Assembly (NCBI GenBank): GCA_016840135.1
Contig: JAEOSX010000007.1
Span: 1 to 31,732 of the forward strand
Length of the DNA stretch: 31,732 nt
From: Candidatus Hermodarchaeota archaeon
GTDB taxonomy: Archaea > Asgardarchaeota > Hermodarchaeia > Hermodarchaeales > Hermodarchaeaceae
Direction: 5' to 3'
Under the pieces are notes generated by a model, which searched no databases, was not told the DNA's origin, and saw only the letters and a list, made by a program, of their open reading frames with translations. Position numbers and translations under genes: made by a program. Shown here piece by piece: positions 27,415 to 31,732 of this stretch; the stretch's first letter is position 1, and each line of letters begins with the position of its first letter.

Positions 27415-28515
27415 TTACGCAATACCCATTGTGTTGCCAATGCCCGCTACAATGATTGTGTCACCCTTCTTCGTACGAAGTCGAATGGCACTCTTAATCC
27501 GTTCTACTACTTTTGGAACCGCGTCGACAAGGGCTTTTTTCATCGGGCTGAGCGCCTCTTCGAGAGATTCCTTTATCACAATAGCGTCAATCGGAATATC
27601 GTATCTGACACCAGAGTCTTCCATTTTCCATTTCTCAGGTCCAGGATCACCGATTGCCGCACCAACTCCTTCAATAACATGTCCGCTGTCTTCACCCTCA
27701 AGCTTCAAGCCAGCATCGACTGTAATAATTCTAGAGACTTTGCTCTTGTGACGGTCAACCAGTTTCCGAATCACTTCACCTGGTTTACCTACATGTGAGC
27801 CATGCCCTTTAGCTCGCACGATATACACAGTCCGTTCTTCAAACTTGGCAGGTATAGATACTGTGTGCTTGGCAAGTTCCTCGGATTTACCGGGCTTTAG
27901 CTCTCGAGCGAAATGCGCGACGGCTAAAGGACCCATACCATCTCCTATGGGTTTACCATCAGCAAAGGCCTTTATGGCGTCGAAGTAGGCTTTTGCCATC
28001 TGCATTATTTGTGGCAATTGCATCTGGACCTGCATAATTAGGTAAAGGCTCTTAGTTTTCTTTCCAAGAATTAGATAGTGACGAACAACCCGGAAAACAT
28101 AATAAACAGCCATGGTTGCAGCGAGTACGCTTTCTGCATTTGCAGCCTGCGCAGGCTCAGCGTCTGGAGCAACCCGCGCTATGTGTTTCTCATACCTATG
28201 CGAGCGCACATCTAAGAGATGTTCCAACCTCCCCAGAACGCCCGAAGGATCAACGCTCACTGGCTCGATTAAGAAAAACTCCATGAACTCCTCCACAGCT
28301 CCACTTATTTTCTCCTCCGCCACGCCCAACTCCTTAAACACTCTGAAGGCAATTTGCTTACCCTGCTTTGAAAGCGACTCTAGCTGTTTTGCTGCAGCCT
28401 CAACTTGACGAGTCATCATGTAGGTCTGGAGTCGTTGCCCGTAAAGGTAAATCACGAAGAACATGACCATAAATATGAGCTGAAATATCCATGACCATTC
28501 ATTGCCGTATTGCAT
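27415..28515 (-). CDS. DUF1512-family archaeal membrane-anchored protein
   Basis: N-terminal TM helix (WIFQLIFMVMFFVIYLYGQRLQ) and overall resemblance to DUF1512. I prefer ATG at 28515 (MQYGNEW); the track ORF extends to 28638. Confidence 0.5.
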   Translation of the reverse strand: MQYGNEWSWIFQLIFMVMFFVIYLYGQRLQTYMMTRQVEAAAKQLESLSKQGKQIAFRVFKELGVAEEKISGAVEEFMEFFLIEPVSVDPSGVLGRLEHLLDVRSHRYEKHIARVAPDAEPAQAANAESVLAATMAVYYVFRVVRHYLILGKKTKSLYLIMQVQMQLPQIMQMAKAYFDAIKAFADGKPIGDGMGPLAVAHFARELKPGKSEELAKHTVSIPAKFEERTVYIVRAKGHGSHVGKPGEVIRKLVDRHKSKVSRIITVDAGLKLEGEDSGHVIEGVGAAIGDPGPEKWKMEDSGVRYDIPIDAIVIKESLEEALSPMKKALVDAVPKVVERIKSAIRLRTKKGDTIIVAGIGNTMGIA

Positions 28516-28792
28516 CTTGTCCAATACCTCAACTTTCTTTGTCTTATGCTGGAACGATTTCGATAACGAATAAAAACCTTTGCAAGAAGGCAGAAGAAAT
28601 GGACGCAGTTCGGACCTTTTCCGAAGCCTCTCGGACATCAGTACTCGGACAGACGAAACTGGCTTAACTTCCGGGATCTGACGGGACCGGGTGTGACCCA
28701 GTTCCTATGACCGCGTCCAACCATCATCACCAATCCTGAATATATAACGGTTTCGTAGCTCCACAAATCCGAATCAAAGGGAAAAAGAGAAA

Positions 28793-28898
28793 TGGTGGGC
28801 CGGCCGGGATTTGAACCCGGGATCACATGGACCCAAACCACGTATCATACCAATCTAGTCAGGAGGAAGTTCCTTCCTGTAATCTAGACCACCAGCCC
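28793..28898 (-). tRNA. tRNA-Pro(UGG) with a 29-nt D-loop intron, CCA encoded
   Basis: GGGCTGG-TG-GTCTAG[29 nt, about 28855-28883]ATTGGTATGAT-A-CGTGG-TTTGGGT-CCATG-TGATC-CCGGG-TTCAAAT-CCCGG-CCGGCCC-A-CCA. Confidence 0.85.
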
Positions 28899-29009
28899 AC
28901 AGGACTGAAAAATGAATGACTGGGATATTGATAAAGGTTACCCGTCAAGTTCACCTCCTTCCCTAGCGCAATAAAAGTCAAATAGGAGTAATCCTTCACC
29001 TGCGGATGT

Positions 29010-29115
29010 GCCTCGGTAGCTCAGTGGTAGAGCGACAGAGTTCCTGGAGACTAAACCAGTAACGTTGAACCTTGTAAGCTGCTGGTCGTGGGTTCAATCC
29101 CCGCCCGAGGCTCCA
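29010..29115 (+). tRNA. tRNA-Thr (probably UGU) with a ~31-nt non-canonical intron near the 5' strand of the anticodon stem, CCA encoded
   Basis: The acceptor and T arms (GCCTCGG...GTGGG-TTCAATC-CCCGC-CCGAGGC-T-CCA) share the acceptor stem of tRNA-Thr(GGU) at 29592. The only loop-plus-3'-stem fit is CTTGTAA-GCTGC, which requires removing about 29039-29069. Confidence 0.65.
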
Positions 29116-29142
29116 CACTCCTTTCTATCCAGATACAAACAT

Positions 29143-29166
29143 CTCTACTCTCTAACTAGAGTAGAG
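29143..29166. repeat. Hairpin CTCTACTCT-CTAACT-AGAGTAGAG between convergent tRNA-Thr and tRNA-Leu
   Basis: Perfect 9-bp inverted repeat read directly; function unknown. Confidence 0.5.
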
Positions 29167-29184
29167 GCTGACTAAAAGGAAAGG

Positions 29185-29283
29185 TGCGGGGGCCGGGCTT
29201 CGAACCCGGGAACTCCTACGAGACAGGATCTTAAGTCCTGCGCCTTTGACCAGGCTTGGCTATAGGGTCATAGAAACCCCCGC
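29185..29283 (-). tRNA. tRNA-Leu(UAA) with a 14-nt insert at positions 8-10; CCA not encoded
   Basis: GCGGGGG-TT[TCTATGACCCTATA]GCC-AAGCCTGGTCAAA-GGC-G-CAGGA-CTTAAGA-TCCTG-long arm TCTCGTAGGAGTTC-CCGGG-TTCGAAG-CCCGG-CCCCCGC-A. Confidence 0.8.
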
Positions 29284-29427
29284 CGCCTAGTTTGCGGTCG
29301 CTGACCCTTGGAGGGCCCCCGCAATCATTGTTGAGACAACTCTCCCTTTAAAACTGCTTCGAGCATCGAAAGGGACAGGAGGTCCTGAGAATAAGAATTA
29401 AAAGGAACGAATCAAGGATAGGGAAAC

Positions 29428-29574
29428 GCCGAGGTAGCTTAGCCTGGTTCGAGCGCCAGACTCATAGGGCGTTGCCCCAGGGTCAGATATTATTTGAACC
29501 TGGCGCCGGAGCCATCTGGAGATCGCGGGTTCGAAACTGAACGGTAGCGTTCCGCGAGAAGCCCGCCCTCGGCA
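29428..29574 (+). tRNA. tRNA with CAU anticodon (elongator Met or Ile2) with two introns (37/38 47 nt; T-loop ~25 nt); CCA not encoded
   Basis: GCCGAGG-TA-GCTT..GAGC-G-CCAGA-CTCATA[29467-29513]A-TCTGG-AGATC-GCGGG-TTCGAA[within 29536-29561]-CCCGC-CCTCGGC-A. Confidence 0.8.
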
Positions 29575-29591
29575 CCTCTCCTCAATCGGAA

Positions 29592-29668
29592 GCCTCGGTG
29601 GCATAGCTCGGTAGCGCATCGCCTTGGTAAGGCGAGGGTCGCGGGTTCGAATCCCGCCCGAGGCTCCA
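29592..29668 (+). tRNA. tRNA-Thr(GGU), intron-less, CCA encoded
   Basis: GCCTCGG-TG-...-TCGCC-TTGGTAA-GGCGA-GGGTC-GCGGG-TTCGAAT-CCCGC-CCGAGGC-T-CCA. Confidence 0.9.
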
Positions 29669-29743
29669 TTTCATTTTTCTTTTCGATTCCTTGGGAAGTT
29701 ATTTTAAGTATCTAGGAGACTGGAGGGAAGGAAGGTAGAACCA

Positions 29744-30430
29744 ATGGCTGTTATGGATGAGAAGCGAAGGGCTGCTGAAGCTGCGTTGGCCCACGTTACT
29801 GATGGAATGACGCTTGGTGTTGGTACCGGTTCAACAGTAGAAATTTTCATAGATTTGTTAACAGAAAAGATGGCTGCTGATAAGATGTCTTTAGTTTGTG
29901 TTCCTAGCTCCTTTGCTACAGGTCATCGGCTTCGAGCTGCTGGATTTAGAGTCGAATGCCTTACCAGTATATCGACACTTCCACTCGCGATTGATGGTGC
30001 AGACGAAGTAGATAGCCACCTTGCCTTGATTAAAGGAGGAGGTGCTGCGCTTTTACGGGAGAAAATCATCGCCGAGGCCGCTCAGGAATTCATCGTTATT
30101 GTAGACCAAGGAAAACTTGTGTCGAGACTGGGTGTGAAAATGCCTGTACCAGTTGAAGTGATACCTCCTGCCTTGTCGCTTTCCTTGGAGAGAATTAGGG
30201 AGCTAGGGGGTACACCAAAAGTGAGGCAAGCCCATCTCAAAGCGGGTCCCGTGATTACCGACAACGGAAACTTCATCTTAGATGTGACATTTCCTGAAAT
30301 CACTGATGCTTCTCAGCTGGATAGCTACCTAATTACAATTCCTGGGGTTCTCGAAACTGGTCTTTTCCCCCACCAAGCTAGCTCTGTCTATGTAGGCACA
30401 GACTCGGATGTCAAACGCTTGGTAAAATGA
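29744..30430 (+). CDS. rpiA: Ribose-5-phosphate isomerase A
   Basis: GVGTGSTV, DGADEVD and LIKGGGAALLREKI motifs; about 228 aa. Confidence 0.88.
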   Translation: MAVMDEKRRAAEAALAHVTDGMTLGVGTGSTVEIFIDLLTEKMAADKMSLVCVPSSFATGHRLRAAGFRVECLTSISTLPLAIDGADEVDSHLALIKGGGAALLREKIIAEAAQEFIVIVDQGKLVSRLGVKMPVPVEVIPPALSLSLERIRELGGTPKVRQAHLKAGPVITDNGNFILDVTFPEITDASQLDSYLITIPGVLETGLFPHQASSVYVGTDSDVKRLVK

Positions 30431-30477
30431 AGCGAAATACGGAAATAGGTGTTTCATCTAGCAGACTGTGATTCCAA

Positions 30478-30604
30478 GGGCCCGTGGCCAAGTCGGATTG
30501 GTTCACTTTTACCCCGAAGAAGGCGCTGGCCTCCTAAGCCAGTAATCCCGGGTTCGAACGCGCAACACAGATCGTGTACGTCGAATTTCCCGGCGGGCCC
30601 GCCA
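30478..30604 (+). tRNA. tRNA-Arg(CCU) with two introns (D-loop ~21 nt; T-loop 29 nt), CCA encoded
   Basis: GGGCCCG-TG-GCC-[32-nt D region 30490-30521]-GGC-G-CTGGC-CTCCTAA-GCCAG-TAATC-CCGGG-[36 nt 30553-30588, starting TTCGAA and ending TCGAATTT]-CCCGG-CGGGCCC-G-CCA. Confidence 0.8.
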
Positions 30605-30612
30605 CCCACCCT

Positions 30613-31278
30613 TCATTTACCCGCTGTTATATCTGCTGGTGAAACTAAATAATAAGTTGCTTCGCCTTGCCGGTCCAACACCGCCAACATTAGCTTCTTT
30701 CGGTTCCTTAACGCTAGTCGGCTAAGTTTCTCTAGTTCGGCTACTTTCAGCGGCGAACCCTCTGATATAGCACATACAAAATACTTCGCTGTTACCTCAT
30801 TTAATTTGGCGCCGCGTGGATAGACACGAAACCAGAGCCCTTTCCCATATCCTGTTCGAACAACATAACCTCTGCTCCTAAGGTCACTATATACAAGATA
30901 TTGCGTCCACAATCTTGGGTGACGTTTGGATAATATCTGAAGCAACACCGAAAAATCCAGTTCCGCTCCTTTACTGTCAAGAACCTGAATCCGCTTTCGT
31001 CGAATAAGTAATAGGGCCTCCTCAGCCTCCAAAGCGAGTTCAACTTCATTTTTCAATGTGCCATAGTGTCCAGCATCATGTAGAACACGCGCCATCTCCC
31101 CCTTCACGATCACGCGTCCTCTGGATAACTTTGCGGGAATAGGCTCCTCAGGTAGCTGAGGGCGTGTCCCTTCCTTTCCTTCATCTTGAGAAACGTCTCC
31201 TAAAGGCTGCTCATCTGCCAAATAGTATACCCCTTCAACAAAACATTTGATGCTACTAGAAATAGCAACCTTTATCAC
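30613..31278 (-). CDS. tRNA-splicing endonuclease (EndA) family protein, probably a non-catalytic structural subunit
   Basis: YLVYSDLRSRGYVVRTGYGKGLWFRVYPRG matches the EndA C-terminal domain. Where catalytic subunits have ..HSKYLV.. this protein reads EVTAKYFV, with no His. The RNRKKLMLAV block is retained. Confidence 0.65.
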   Translation of the reverse strand: MIKVAISSSIKCFVEGVYYLADEQPLGDVSQDEGKEGTRPQLPEEPIPAKLSRGRVIVKGEMARVLHDAGHYGTLKNEVELALEAEEALLLIRRKRIQVLDSKGAELDFSVLLQILSKRHPRLWTQYLVYSDLRSRGYVVRTGYGKGLWFRVYPRGAKLNEVTAKYFVCAISEGSPLKVAELEKLSRLALRNRKKLMLAVLDRQGEATYYLVSPADITAGK

Positions 31279-31301
31279 TCATTATAAATTCTTCTCACCC
31301 A

Positions 31302-31732
31302 ATGGAGTCTTGGCGACAAAGTTTAACAGAAGCTCTTAGAAATTCATCACGAACCGTCATCATAGGCGTTGGAAACGATCTAAAAGCCGATGATGGAGTT
31401 GGTCCCTACATCGTGAAGCAGCTTCAAAACAGAGTCCCCGAAAATGTAGAACTAATAAACGCTAGCACCGTACCTGAAAACTTCATCAGCCACCTCTGCG
31501 ACACAAAGCCCTCCCTCATTCTCATCGTTGACGCAGCTTTAATGAACGAACCCCCCGGCACCATCCGCCTAATAGACAAGGACAATATAGGCGGCGTCGC
31601 CTTTTCCACCCATCAACTCCCTCTCACCTTCTTCATAGAGTACGTCCTCAACCAAATCGAAACAACTATTCTCATCCTAGGAATCCAACCGCTCAATGTC
31701 GAATTCACCAAACCAATTACATCTCCAGTACG
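31302..31732 (+). CDS. Hydrogenase maturation endopeptidase (HycI/HyaD family), 3' end outside window
   Basis: My own translation from ATG 31302: MESWRQSL...VIIGVGNDLKADDGVGPYIV...LILIVDAA...FSTHQLPL... The GxGNxxxxDDGxG and DA/H blocks are typical of the family. Open to the window end, so it is absent from the ORF track. Confidence 0.7.
   Translation, partial: MESWRQSLTEALRNSSRTVIIGVGNDLKADDGVGPYIVKQLQNRVPENVELINASTVPENFISHLCDTKPSLILIVDAALMNEPPGTIRLIDKDNIGGVAFSTHQLPLTFFIEYVLNQIETTILILGIQPLNVEFTKPITSPV

Noticed and set aside
27400-28408. ORFs 27400-27798(+), 27431-27751(+) and 28112-28408(+)
   Set aside because: They are antisense to the long DUF1512-like CDS, and their composition is typical of shadow ORFs.
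28638-30652. ORFs 28638-28841(-), 29398-29619(-) and 30449-30652(+)
   Set aside because: Each is a read-through of a tRNA gene (Pro-UGG, CAU tRNA, Arg-CCU). They are artefacts of G+C-rich RNA genes.
1-31732. CRISPR arrays, transposases, integrases, toxin-antitoxin or known defence modules
   Set aside because: I looked for direct-repeat arrays and hallmark motifs on both strands and found none. The only mobile-type element is the intein.

Overview
This window reads as a housekeeping segment of an archaeal chromosome. It is densely packed on both strands with replication, translation and RNA-processing genes: MCM C-terminus, an intein-containing Hel308/Ski2-type helicase, DnaG primase, PAN, Pelota, TFE, MBF1, NAC, V-ATPase subunit D, TyrRS, RNase Z, Trm11, Trm56, Trm5, an EndA-family endonuclease subunit, LigT, PPAT and RpiA. 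It also carries one SRP (7S) RNA, nine tRNA genes and a further G+C-rich structured region of unknown class. I saw no CRISPR array, transposase, integrase or recognisable defence system. Four things stand out. (1) The dnaG reading frame is broken by a 29-nt segment that folds into a bulge-helix-bulge-like motif; excising it at the canonical bulge positions restores the frame and the conserved DnaG spacing, so it is a candidate archaeal mRNA intron. A 1-nt homopolymer error is the main alternative. (2) Seven of the nine tRNA genes carry introns, ten in total, and most sit at non-canonical positions (D-loop, T-loop, positions 8-10, anticodon stem). (3) The only EndA-family gene in the window lacks the catalytic His, as expected for the structural subunit of a heteromeric, relaxed-specificity splicing endonuclease. 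(4) A 515-aa LAGLIDADG intein with an extra CxxC...CxxC/wHTH-like module is inserted in helicase motif V of Hel308. All calls come from reading the sequence and from remembered family motifs; no searches or folding programs were run.
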